Virus record (IMG/VR): IMGVR_UViG_2690316097_000008
Source of the DNA: a virus
Lineage: Duplodnaviria; Heunggongvirae; Uroviricota; Caudoviricetes
Direction: 5' to 3' (one strand)
DNA length: 14,055 nucleotides
Shown: in pieces, positions 1 through 6,735 of the stretch
Numbering within the stretch: the stretch's first letter is position 1
Layout of the letters: each line of letters starts with the position of its first letter
Program-made: the position numbers and the translations under genes
The notes under the pieces: model-generated
The model's input: the letters and a program-made list of their open reading frames with translations, nothing else
Databases searched by the model: none
What the model was told of the DNA's origin: nothing

Positions 1-83
1 GCCAAACTGCGATCGATTCAGATGCCATTTTGCAATCAGCGCCAGAACAGCAGCTGACAGGCCGTATTTGATTTTTGCGCTCA
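1..83 (-). CDS. Endolysin (phage lysozyme), N-terminal fragment running off the window start
   Basis: Reverse complement of 1..83 gives ATG at 83..81 and reads MSAKIKYGLSAAVLALIAKWHLNRSQFG, a short hydrophobic N-terminus as recalled for Qin/DLP12-type SAR endolysins; position downstream of the pinholin fits. Only 27 codons are visible and the ORF track does not list it. Confidence 0.45.
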
Positions 84-139
84 TGGATATTTATCAGGAT
101 GCTACCAATGAAAGATACTGGAAAGCCAACTGCAAAAAG

Positions 140-454
140 CTAACAACCCGTAATCGAGTTATCAGAACTGTTAATTTTTATGGTATACCGCGCCTCTGAA
201 CAGGGGCGCGTTTCTGGCAACAGCTCGTCCCCTTCACATAACCCGGCAGCAACATCCAAGAAGACCTGTCTGATGCTCCTTCTGGCTGCTGCCTCATAAA
301 ACTCCAGCGCGGCACCTTCAACACGGTCCAGCGAGATGTCCAGGTCAAAAATTTCACCGTCAAAGCGTTTTTTGTCCCGTAACGCTAAAGTTACCGTAAC
401 TTTATTCTCAAAATTGCGGATCCCTTTCACAATCAGTTCATAGTTTTGAGTCAT
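140..454 (-). CDS. Small phage protein between holin and endolysin, YdfR-like (DUF1327) by position and recalled sequence
   Basis: 104-aa ORF with ATG start at 454 and a GGGGAGAG Shine-Dalgarno overlapping the holin 3' end. It sits in the same position as ydfR in the E. coli K-12 Qin lysis cassette (essQ-ydfR-rrrQ). Confidence 0.7.
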   Translation of the reverse strand: MTQNYELIVKGIRNFENKVTVTLALRDKKRFDGEIFDLDISLDRVEGAALEFYEAAARRSIRQVFLDVAAGLCEGDELLPETRPCSEARYTIKINSSDNSITGC

Positions 455-458
455 TGAA

Positions 459-674
459 TTACTCTCCCCGTGCAGCCTTACGACGGTCCTCTCTGATTTT
501 GAAATACAGGTTAGTCAGATATGTCAGCAGCCCAAACAGCAGACTCCCCAGCACGCCTATTGCCGCCCACTGAGACGGGGAAACCCTGTCCAGCAACTGC
601 AGGAACCAGTAGCCCGTTCCCACCGCTGACGTGGTGTATGACACACCTGTTGTGATTTTTTCCATCTGGTACAT
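459..674 (-). CDS. S: Class II holin (pinholin), phage 21 S-like, with dual-start motif
   Basis: From the internal Met the product reads [71 protein letters not shown], nearly identical to the recalled phage 21 S21 pinholin. Two Met codons three residues apart match the S21 71/68 antiholin/holin arrangement. GGGAGA lies about 10 nt upstream; the track ORF 459..752 is an in-frame upstream extension with no RBS. Confidence 0.85.
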   Translation of the reverse strand: MYQMEKITTGVSYTTSAVGTGYWFLQLLDRVSPSQWAAIGVLGSLLFGLLTYLTNLYFKIREDRRKAARGE

Positions 675-824
675 ACCCCGTCTCCCGTTATCCGGAAGCT
701 GACAACAATAAAAAAAGCCACCAGTTAAGTACTGATGGCTCTGATAACTCATGCAGGCATCTCAGACGACCCACTGACACTACCGGTGAGTTTAACGATA
801 CCTTCCATTTGGCTGGCTCACTTT

Positions 825-2678
825 TTATGATGATGCCGGTGCATTTATCTCCAGCACCAGACTTTCTATCTCAACGCCATACGCTGCATTTTTGGTAATA
901 TCCGTCAGCGTCAGCGCATTCAGCCCCAGTGTCAGACTGTCTTTTATGACCTGGAATGCCGGGCCAGCCACTCCATTCAGTTTCGGAGTAACCGTGGCAC
1001 TGCCGGCGGTGAACACCAGCTCCAGCGTCAGCCAGTCGTTACTGTAATTCCCGAACTCGCCCAACTTTGTGTTTCCTGCTTTCTTGTGATGCATCAGATT
1101 CAGTTTGCCGTCTGTGGTCTGGGTGAAGAACGACATCAGGAACGGGTTACCAGTCCCGGTCATCGCCACGACGTCAGGTAACGCTACATCGGTATACAGA
1201 TAAATTCCCAGACCGAACTGGTTGTTGGTCAGTGCGCCTGACAGTCGAAACTTACAGCTCAGTCTGCCACCCCGTGTCAGCAGGGAGACTGCGTCATCCA
1301 CCGGGCGCGTCAGGGACCAGGCTTTATTGCTCTGCTTGGTGATCTTAAATACACCATCTGACAACTGAACTCCGCCATTCTTAATGCTCCAGCCCTGCGC
1401 AGCAGCGTCTCCGGCTGTCGGCAACAGGGAGATTGTGCGTATGGATGCATCTTCAGACGGCCCCGATGGCGTGTCGCCGCCGGGCGAGGGTTTGATTTCC
1501 GGTGCCTTACCACTAATGAAGGCTAAGGTGCGACCGGCTACGTTCAGAATAGCAGTTGCCATACGATCGGGAATAATGCCACGACGCGCCCATGAGCTGA
1601 AATGCGTCGGGCGATTTGATGATACCCAGTTTTTGTTCGTTCGGGATGCCGAACCGTAATAACCAGACCCGGCAATATCAGGATCTTCTGACGGGTTGTT
1701 TGTCGGTGTATTAACTCCGCTACCATCGGTCATAAAGGGAACAAAATAAATCTGCTGGGATTCTTTACCTTTATATGCACCATATACCACTTCATATTGC
1801 GTACCGTGTTCTTGTTTCCACGCGTATGTCGTGTCGCCACAAATCCAGGGGACTGATGCCGGACTTCCACCGTGACACTGCGCCGCCAGCCCGGCAAGGT
1901 CAGCACGGAACTGCTGTACCATTGCAAGAAATGCTGCTGGCTGCTGGGCGTAACTGGCATTCGTCATATCGAATTCCCCCTGCATCCAGCATATCGCCAG
2001 CAAAACGTTTTTCGGGTTTTTCTGCAATGCTGCCTTCGTGCGGAAAAGCAGATCCTGATATAACGGCTTACCCACTCCCCAGCGAGCCGAATCCTGACTG
2101 GCCCCCGTGGACTCGCTGAATGTCCCCTCCGTGCCCTGGGTGAATGCCGAACCACCACAACAGCATGGTACCAGCAGGATCCCCGCATTATTAGGGATAT
2201 ACGGAAGCAGTTTTTTGGCAATATGTAAGCCCTGTCCGACACAGCCGTACTGCCCTTTGCTCAGGTCAGCCCGGGGATGGTTAATCGTACTCATATCCTG
2301 AACATCATGCAGACAATGGTCAGCAGGAATGATGTCGTTAAATACGCATACTTCACCACCGGGAGTCACTGTGTTACGACGGGCCAGTTGCTTAATGCGC
2401 GGATGGGGCGCATCGTATGAATCCGGAAGCGGAAGACCTTCACCGTAAGCCATGGCATTGGATTGCCCGGCCAGTACGATGACGTAGTACCACTCCGGCT
2501 CAGTTGCACCACTGACGACCACATCACCTTCTGCTGCAATCGCCTGCATCAGGGTATAAGGGGTTATGGCCACCGGACTACCAAACGGCTGCCAGCCCTC
2601 CTTCAGTTTTTGTGTCAGTCGTTTCGCAAGGTCTGACGGCGATGCCGCCCTGACCACGTCATAGTGTTTAAATGCCAT
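825..2678 (-). CDS. nanS-p: Prophage sialate 9-O-acetylesterase NanS-p (N-terminal DUF1737-like region plus SGNH/SASA esterase domain)
   Basis: 617-aa ORF with ATG at 2678 and GGGAGGA 5 nt upstream. The block YYVIVLAGQSNAMAYGEGLPLPDSYDAPHPRIKQLARR...DIIPADHCLHDVQDMS...LLVPCCCGGSAFTQG...WMQGEFD matches recalled E. coli NanS/YjhS including the GQSN catalytic motif. Location upstream of the lysis genes is typical for lambdoid and Stx prophages. Confidence 0.9.
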   Translation of the reverse strand: MAFKHYDVVRAASPSDLAKRLTQKLKEGWQPFGSPVAITPYTLMQAIAAEGDVVVSGATEPEWYYVIVLAGQSNAMAYGEGLPLPDSYDAPHPRIKQLARRNTVTPGGEVCVFNDIIPADHCLHDVQDMSTINHPRADLSKGQYGCVGQGLHIAKKLLPYIPNNAGILLVPCCCGGSAFTQGTEGTFSESTGASQDSARWGVGKPLYQDLLFRTKAALQKNPKNVLLAICWMQGEFDMTNASYAQQPAAFLAMVQQFRADLAGLAAQCHGGSPASVPWICGDTTYAWKQEHGTQYEVVYGAYKGKESQQIYFVPFMTDGSGVNTPTNNPSEDPDIAGSGYYGSASRTNKNWVSSNRPTHFSSWARRGIIPDRMATAILNVAGRTLAFISGKAPEIKPSPGGDTPSGPSEDASIRTISLLPTAGDAAAQGWSIKNGGVQLSDGVFKITKQSNKAWSLTRPVDDAVSLLTRGGRLSCKFRLSGALTNNQFGLGIYLYTDVALPDVVAMTGTGNPFLMSFFTQTTDGKLNLMHHKKAGNTKLGEFGNYSNDWLTLELVFTAGSATVTPKLNGVAGPAFQVIKDSLTLGLNALTLTDITKNAAYGVEIESLVLEINAPASS

Positions 2679-2870
2679 GAATCCTCCCGGCCGGGATAAT
2701 ATTGTGAGTAAAATAAGGAGCGGGCTGAAGTCCGGAAGTTACAGGACAATGGCAGAAGAGAGACGACAGCCCGCAATTCGAAAAAGACCGCGCAGTTGCG
2801 CAGAGTGATTACTATGGGGTATTATTCGCCAGCTGAAATATTACTTCACGTTTTATTGTTTATTCCTTGC

Positions 2871-2900
2871 CGCCCGCGTCTCCCAGCGCGGGCTTTTTTT
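2871..2900 (+). terminator. Intrinsic terminator-like hairpin followed by T7 on the plus strand
   Basis: gcccgcg-tctcccag-cgcgggc at 2872..2893 followed by ttttttt at 2894..2900. Confidence 0.45.
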
Positions 2901-2909
2901 GCCCACAAG

Positions 2910-2935
2910 AAAACCCCTCCGGAGAGGGGCTAAAG
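2910..2935 (-). terminator. Terminator-like hairpin (cccctc-cgga-gagggg) with U-rich tail on the minus strand
   Basis: Stem-loop at 2914..2929; the minus-strand transcript reads ...cccctctccggagggg then ttttctt. A near-identical hairpin recurs at 4222..4239. Confidence 0.4.
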
Positions 2936-2987
2936 CCGCGTATCTGTATCATCATGCACATGGTGCCGGGTGCCTCCCGGTGAGTTC

Positions 2988-3111
2988 NNNNNNNNNNNNN
3001 NNNNNNNNNNNNNNNNNNNNNNNNNNNNNNNNNNNNNNNNNNNNNNNNNNNNNNNNNNNNNNNNNNNNNNNNNNNNNNNNNNNNNNNNNNNNNNNNNNNN
3101 NNNNNNNNNNN
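2988..3111. other. Run of N (124 nt), assembly gap or masked sequence
   Basis: Direct observation. It is flanked by sequence repeated at 4264..4288 on one side and by a second nanS-p start on the other. Confidence 1.
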
Positions 3112-3133
3112 CATCATAGTGTTTAAATGCCAT
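3112..3133 (-). pseudogene. 5' end of a second nanS-p-like gene, interrupted by the N run
   Basis: Reverse complement reads ATGGCATTTAAACACTATGATG = MAFKHYD, matching the nanS-p start at 2678..2657, with a GGTGGAAAG RBS-like sequence upstream. Confidence 0.5.
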
Positions 3134-3326
3134 GGTTCTTTCCACCATCTGAAAAATAATTCTTTAAAATACCTGACATGTAATACAGAAAAAACACAAA
3201 ACCATACCTTAAATAAAAACCTGATTATCAAGCAGATATGCATGGATAAACTACAAGACGAGATATAAACCACCCTGCATTTAAATAAACAATAAACAAC
3301 ATCAGAAAAATAATTCTGCTCTATGG

Positions 3327-3353
3327 TTTACATTCAAAAATATCATTTATACT
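3327..3353 (+). promoter_or_regulatory. Candidate sigma70 promoter for the AT-rich plus-strand ORF
   Basis: TTTACA at 3327..3332, 15-nt spacer, TATACT at 3348..3353, about 40 nt upstream of the ATG at 3394. Sequence-only prediction in AT-rich DNA, so the false-positive risk is high. Confidence 0.3.
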
Positions 3354-3393
3354 TTTCAGAACATCACCAGCAAGGCATAAACAAGGAAACTAA

Positions 3394-3729
3394 ATGAAGT
3401 GGATTGTGATTGATACAGTTATCCAGCCATCATGCGGAATATCTTTTTCAGTCATATGGAGTAAAATAAAATTAATAATCTGGTATCAATCGGATGCTTT
3501 CTTACCTCCTGAAAGTATATTTACACTGACTCACACAGGCATCATGCTCAATAACAAAGTGCTACCTGTAACCATTTACAACGTAGTACCATTCAATAAA
3601 ACATTCTGGAATTCAATCAAAAATAGCCAGGAATGCCCTACAAATACAGATAACGTATTGAATGAATGCTTTAATAACCGTTGCACTCTGCAAATATGTC
3701 CTTATGGACTAAAACAACAAAGTCCATAA
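3394..3729 (+). CDS. Hypothetical protein, AT-rich ORF of 111 aa with a Cys-rich C-terminus
   Basis: ORF with AAGGAAA Shine-Dalgarno 6-7 nt before the ATG. It is opposite in orientation to every other prophage gene here and its stop codon lies inside the 3699..3732 hairpin. No recognised family. Confidence 0.4.
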   Translation: MKWIVIDTVIQPSCGISFSVIWSKIKLIIWYQSDAFLPPESIFTLTHTGIMLNNKVLPVTIYNVVPFNKTFWNSIKNSQECPTNTDNVLNECFNNRCTLQICPYGLKQQSP

Positions 3730-3765
3730 GGAGTTTACTCACATCTGACAAAATCAATATAAACA
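3582..3765. repeat. Direct repeat, copy 1 (3' part of the AT-rich ORF plus hairpin); copy 2 at 4046..4217
   Basis: 184 bp near-identical to 4046..4217 except that the hairpin loop is inverted. Copy 2 is preceded by N runs. Confidence 0.9.
3699..3732. repeat. Perfect 12-bp stem hairpin (tccttatggact / agtccataagga) with loop aaaacaacaa
   Basis: Direct observation; the loop is the exact reverse complement of the loop in copy 2. Confidence 0.9.
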
Positions 3766-3977
3766 NNNNNNNNNNNNNNNNNNNNNNNNNNNNNNNNNNN
3801 NNNNNNNNNNNNNNNNNNNNNNNNNNNNNNNNNNNNNNNNNNNNNNNNNNNNNNNNNNNNNNNNNNNNNNNNNNNNNNNNNNNNNNNNNNNNNNNNNNNN
3901 NNNNNNNNNNNNNNNNNNNNNNNNNNNNNNNNNNNNNNNNNNNNNNNNNNNNNNNNNNNNNNNNNNNNNNNNNNNNN
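3766..3977. other. Run of N (212 nt)
   Basis: Direct observation. Confidence 1.
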
Positions 3978-4003
3978 AAAAAGGCCCACCGGAGCGGATG
4001 GGC

Positions 4004-4045
4004 NNNNNNNNNNNNNNNNNNNNNNNNNNNNNNNNNNNNNNNNNN
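4004..4045. other. Run of N (42 nt)
   Basis: Direct observation; the island 3978..4003 between the two N runs carries another ccgga-containing hairpin-like sequence. Confidence 1.
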
Positions 4046-4217
4046 CATTCAATAAAACATTCTGGAATTCAATCAAAAATAGCCAGGAATGCCCTACAAA
4101 TACAGATAACGTATTGAATGAATGCTTTAATAACCGTTGCACTCTGCAAATATGTCCTTATGGACTTTGTTGTTTTAGTCCATAAGGAGTTTACTCACAT
4201 CTGACAAAATCAATATA
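4046..4217. repeat. Direct repeat, copy 2 of 3582..3765
   Basis: Near-identical to copy 1, then followed by the 4222..4239 hairpin. Confidence 0.9.
4155..4188. repeat. Same 12-bp stem hairpin as 3699..3732 but with the loop inverted (ttgttgtttt)
   Basis: Direct observation. Confidence 0.9.
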
Positions 4218-4444
4218 AACAGCCCCTCCGGAGAGGGGCTGGAGAGTGGCGCTATGTGCCATTGCATGGTGCCGGGTGCCTCCCGGTGAATTCAGTACCA
4301 GCACCTGAATCCGCGATTATCCCATATACCTACTCGCTGATTGCCCCTCCGCACAGGGGGATTCACCATGCCAGTTTCTTTTAACAAACTCCCCGCAAAC
4401 CAGACAACAGTCAACCGCCTGAATTGTGAAGTATTTAAAAATTT

Positions 4445-4525
4445 CTCCCGCTAACTGATACCCGGCTAACAGTCTGGCGTTTTCTTTTTCAGCAACGGGA
4501 AAGCAACAACCACCACACCCGCCAC
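4445..4525. repeat. 81-bp direct repeat, copy 1 (copy 2 at 4599..4679), separated by a 73-nt N run
   Basis: ctcccgctaactgatacccggctaacagtctggcgttttctttttcagcaacgggaaagcaacaaccaccacacccgccac occurs twice. Confidence 0.9.
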
Positions 4526-4598
4526 NNNNNNNNNNNNNNNNNNNNNNNNNNNNNNNNNNNNNNNNNNNNNNNNNNNNNNNNNNNNNNNNNNNNNNNNN
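4526..4598. other. Run of N (73 nt)
   Basis: Direct observation. Confidence 1.
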
Positions 4599-4679
4599 CT
4601 CCCGCTAACTGATACCCGGCTAACAGTCTGGCGTTTTCTTTTTCAGCAACGGGAAAGCAACAACCACCACACCCGCCAC
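4599..4679. repeat. 81-bp direct repeat, copy 2
   Basis: Identical to 4445..4525. Confidence 0.9.
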
Positions 4680-4786
4680 CAGCACACCGTCAGCCAGCAC
4701 TGACATTATCCGGCTGCTGCAATGCCATTCACAAAAACAGTAAGCAATCACTTTTTACCGTAACAGGTGATAATCCAGATATGTAT

Positions 4787-5113
4787 CTACCCCAGATGAG
4801 TAATCCGAAGTTCATCCATACCACAGGTCCTGGCTATTCTGTTGTACTCCTGAACAAGAGCAAATAATTCTGAATTAGCAACCATGAACTCATCGCAAAC
4901 CCTCTGTATAGCATCACTATTCAGAATAATAACGTCTCTTCCCGAAAGACGATCAGGAGTACAGAACAAAACTGTCAAACGGCTGAAGGCCTTTGCTCGT
5001 GCTGCATTGACTATATCAATACGCTGCCTAAGGATGAAACACCCCGACGCCTCATCAATATTCACTCTACCCACACCATATGAATGATAAATATTTAATG
5101 CTGAAAAAACCAT
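4787..5113 (-). CDS. Hypothetical ORF in the position occupied by stxAB in Stx phages; coding status uncertain
   Basis: Track ORF 4787..5140 starts at TTG; the first ATG is at 5113. Neither start has a convincing Shine-Dalgarno. Low-GC segment; no recognised family and no resemblance to Shiga toxin subunits as recalled. Confidence 0.3.
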   Translation of the reverse strand: MVFSALNIYHSYGVGRVNIDEASGCFILRQRIDIVNAARAKAFSRLTVLFCTPDRLSGRDVIILNSDAIQRVCDEFMVANSELFALVQEYNRIARTCGMDELRITHLG

Positions 5114-5250
5114 TAGACCGTATAACAAACACTCAATCAATACTTAACAGAACTTTTATTTTTGACAAACATAAAATATTTTCAACAATATCCTGAGCCA
5201 GGTATATTTCAGTATAAGGCTCTGCCGGAAGGAATCTGGAAGAATGAATA

Positions 5251-5327
5251 TGGCGCGCTGTACTGGATTCGAACCAGTGACCGATTGCTTAGAAGGCAAT
5301 TGCTCTGTCCGGCTGAGCTAACAACGC
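5251..5327 (-). tRNA. argO: tRNA-Arg (anticodon UCU)
   Basis: Manual fold of the reverse complement: acceptor GCGTTGT/ACAGCGC, D-stem GCTC/GAGC, anticodon stem ATTGC/GCAAT with loop CTTCTAA, T-arm ACTGG-TTCGAAT-CCAGT, encoded CCA. The symbol is assigned by position in the recalled 933W ileZ-argN-argO order and is tentative. Confidence 0.8.
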
Positions 5328-5340
5328 ATGATGCAGATAA

Positions 5341-5417
5341 TGGACCGCCATCGGGGACTTGAACCCCGCGCAGCCAGCTTCGAAGGCTGGCGCTCTTTCC
5401 TGATGAGCTAATGGCGG
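5341..5417 (-). tRNA. argN: tRNA-Arg (anticodon UCG)
   Basis: Manual fold: acceptor CCGCCAT/ATGGCGG, D-stem GCTC/GAGC, anticodon stem CCAGC/GCTGG with loop CTTCGAA, T-arm CGGGG-TTCAAGT-CCCCG, encoded CCA. Symbol by position and tentative; a C1 5' base is unusual. Confidence 0.7.
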
Positions 5418-5424
5418 TATGTGA

Positions 5425-5500
5425 TGGTGGCCCTTGCTGGATTTGAACCAGCGACCTGGCGATTATGAGTCGCTCGCTCTCACCACTGAGCTAAAGGGCC
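5425..5500 (-). tRNA. ileZ: tRNA-Ile2 (anticodon CAU, lysidine-type; could also be read as tRNA-Met)
   Basis: Reverse complement GGCCCTTTAGCTCAGTGGTGAGAGCGAGCGACTCATAATCGCCAGGTCGCTGGTTCAAATCCAGCAAGGGCCACCA is close to recalled E. coli ileX/ileY; anticodon loop CTCATAA. Confidence 0.8.
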
Positions 5501-5540
5501 GGGAGCCGCATAATAACGACGCGTAATTAATTCTTCAATA

Positions 5541-6599
5541 TCATCCGTTCTGGCTGACTAAATCCTGTACTTCCCGAACCGTCTGCTCAAAACGTTCAGT
5601 CTCCAGCTCAACGCCAATTGCACGACGCCCGAGCGCCAGTGCCGCTTTCACTGTCGAACCCAACCCCATGAAAAAATCTGCAATCAGGTCACCCGGACGA
5701 CTGCTAGCGCTGATTATCTGCTGCAGCATTTCTGCCGGTTTTTCGCACGGATGTTTCCCGGGATAGAACTGCACCGGTTTATGCGTCCACACATCGGTAT
5801 ACGGCACCTGCACCGTCACGCCAAAATACCGCCGCAGATGTTTATATTCACTCAGCAGCTCCGCATACTGCCGGTTCAGTGAGGTATACGTATCCACCAG
5901 CTGGTGGTGGAGCTTTTCCAGTTCACCACGCCGATGCTTCTCTTCTGCCACCCGGGCAAACAGCGCCTGTAATTTCAGATAATCGCTTTCATTCGGCAAC
6001 TGCCACTGACCGGCACTGAACCAGTGCGACACCATGTTTTTCTTTCCTGTGGCATCTGCAATCTGTTTTGCCGTTATCCCCAGGGCAGCTCGCGCATCAC
6101 GAAAGTAAGAAATCAGCGGGGCCATCACATGCTGTTTCAGTGCACTGCCCTTCGCCGCATACCCGGCATCTTTCGGACGATACGGCCCCTGATAATGTTC
6201 CGCGAACAGAATGCGCTCTGTGGCGGGGAAATACGCCCGCAGGCTTTCCTTGTTGCATCCGTTCCAGCGTCCGGACGGCTTCGCCCAGATAATATGGTTC
6301 AGCACACTGAAGCGTTCACGCATCATGATTTCGATATCAGATGCCAGGCGATGACCACAGAACAGGTAAAGACTTCCGGCAGGTTTCAGCACCCGCCAGA
6401 ACTGCGCCAGACACTGGTCCAGCCACTTCAGGTAATCATCGTCGCCCTTCCACTGGTTATCCCAGCCCTCAGGCTTCACTTTAAAGTACGGCGGGTCCGT
6501 GACTATCAGGTCAACAGAATTTTCGGGTAACGACCGGATAAATTCCAGGCAGTCGGCGTTGATTAACTCACAACTGGATATTTTTACAGCATTAAGCAT
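5541..6599 (-). CDS. Orphan DNA methyltransferase (beta-class; N6-adenine or N4-cytosine)
   Basis: 352-aa ORF with ATG start. DLIVTDPPY catalytic motif near the N-terminus and FFMGLGST (FxGxG AdoMet motif) near the C-terminus give the motif IV-before-I order of beta-class amino-MTases. No restriction endonuclease gene is adjacent. Weak Shine-Dalgarno. Confidence 0.85.
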   Translation of the reverse strand: MLNAVKISSCELINADCLEFIRSLPENSVDLIVTDPPYFKVKPEGWDNQWKGDDDYLKWLDQCLAQFWRVLKPAGSLYLFCGHRLASDIEIMMRERFSVLNHIIWAKPSGRWNGCNKESLRAYFPATERILFAEHYQGPYRPKDAGYAAKGSALKQHVMAPLISYFRDARAALGITAKQIADATGKKNMVSHWFSAGQWQLPNESDYLKLQALFARVAEEKHRRGELEKLHHQLVDTYTSLNRQYAELLSEYKHLRRYFGVTVQVPYTDVWTHKPVQFYPGKHPCEKPAEMLQQIISASSRPGDLIADFFMGLGSTVKAALALGRRAIGVELETERFEQTVREVQDLVSQNG

Positions 6600-6691
6600 G
6601 GATCATTAAGCCTGTCTCTGATAGGCTCATTCTGCTTTTGCGCAAAGCAGTGGGCCTGAGGTTTGCTTGTGAACCCAACGCATGAGCAGAT

Positions 6692-6722
6692 GGCTGGTGG
6701 GTGCCCCTAACACCCACCAGCC
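6692..6722 (-). other. Very stable hairpin, 12-bp perfect GC-rich stem with 7-nt loop, in the HTH-MTase intergenic region
   Basis: ggctggtgggtg-cccctaa-cacccaccagcc. No U-tract follows on the minus strand, so it is not a classic intrinsic terminator. Confidence 0.6.
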
Positions 6723-6735
6723 GCCCATTTACCAC

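Noticed and set aside
459-752. 97-aa extended version of the holin ORF
   Set aside because: The upstream ATG at 752 has no Shine-Dalgarno and would add 26 residues unlike S21. The internal dual-start MYQMEK with an upstream GGGAGA fits the pinholin family.
1310-2301. Several plus- and minus-strand ORFs (60-114 aa) inside the nanS-p coding region
   Set aside because: They lie entirely within, or antisense to, a well-supported 617-aa esterase gene. They have no RBS and no recognisable protein features, so they are shadow ORFs.
2860-4142. Track ORFs whose translations contain long runs of X
   Set aside because: They exist only because N runs contain no stop codons. The real sequence is unknown, so they are not reported as genes.
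3578-4700. Possibility that the direct repeats are a CRISPR array
   Set aside because: The repeat units are 81-184 bp and differ in sequence from one another. There are no short regular repeat-spacer periodicity and no cas genes.
4700-5250. Shiga toxin genes in the canonical slot after the tRNAs
   Set aside because: No ORF there resembles StxA or StxB as recalled, and no ORF has the size and organisation of an A-B5 operon.
5162-5362. Plus-strand 66-aa ORF
   Set aside because: It overlaps two tRNA genes on the opposite strand and is an artefact of the tRNA sequence.
6024-6530. Plus-strand ORFs of 168 and 74 aa
   Set aside because: They are antisense to the methyltransferase gene, which has clear catalytic motifs.
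6692-6722. Reading the 12-bp GC hairpin as an intrinsic terminator
   Set aside because: No U-tract follows on either strand. It is kept as an unexplained structure.
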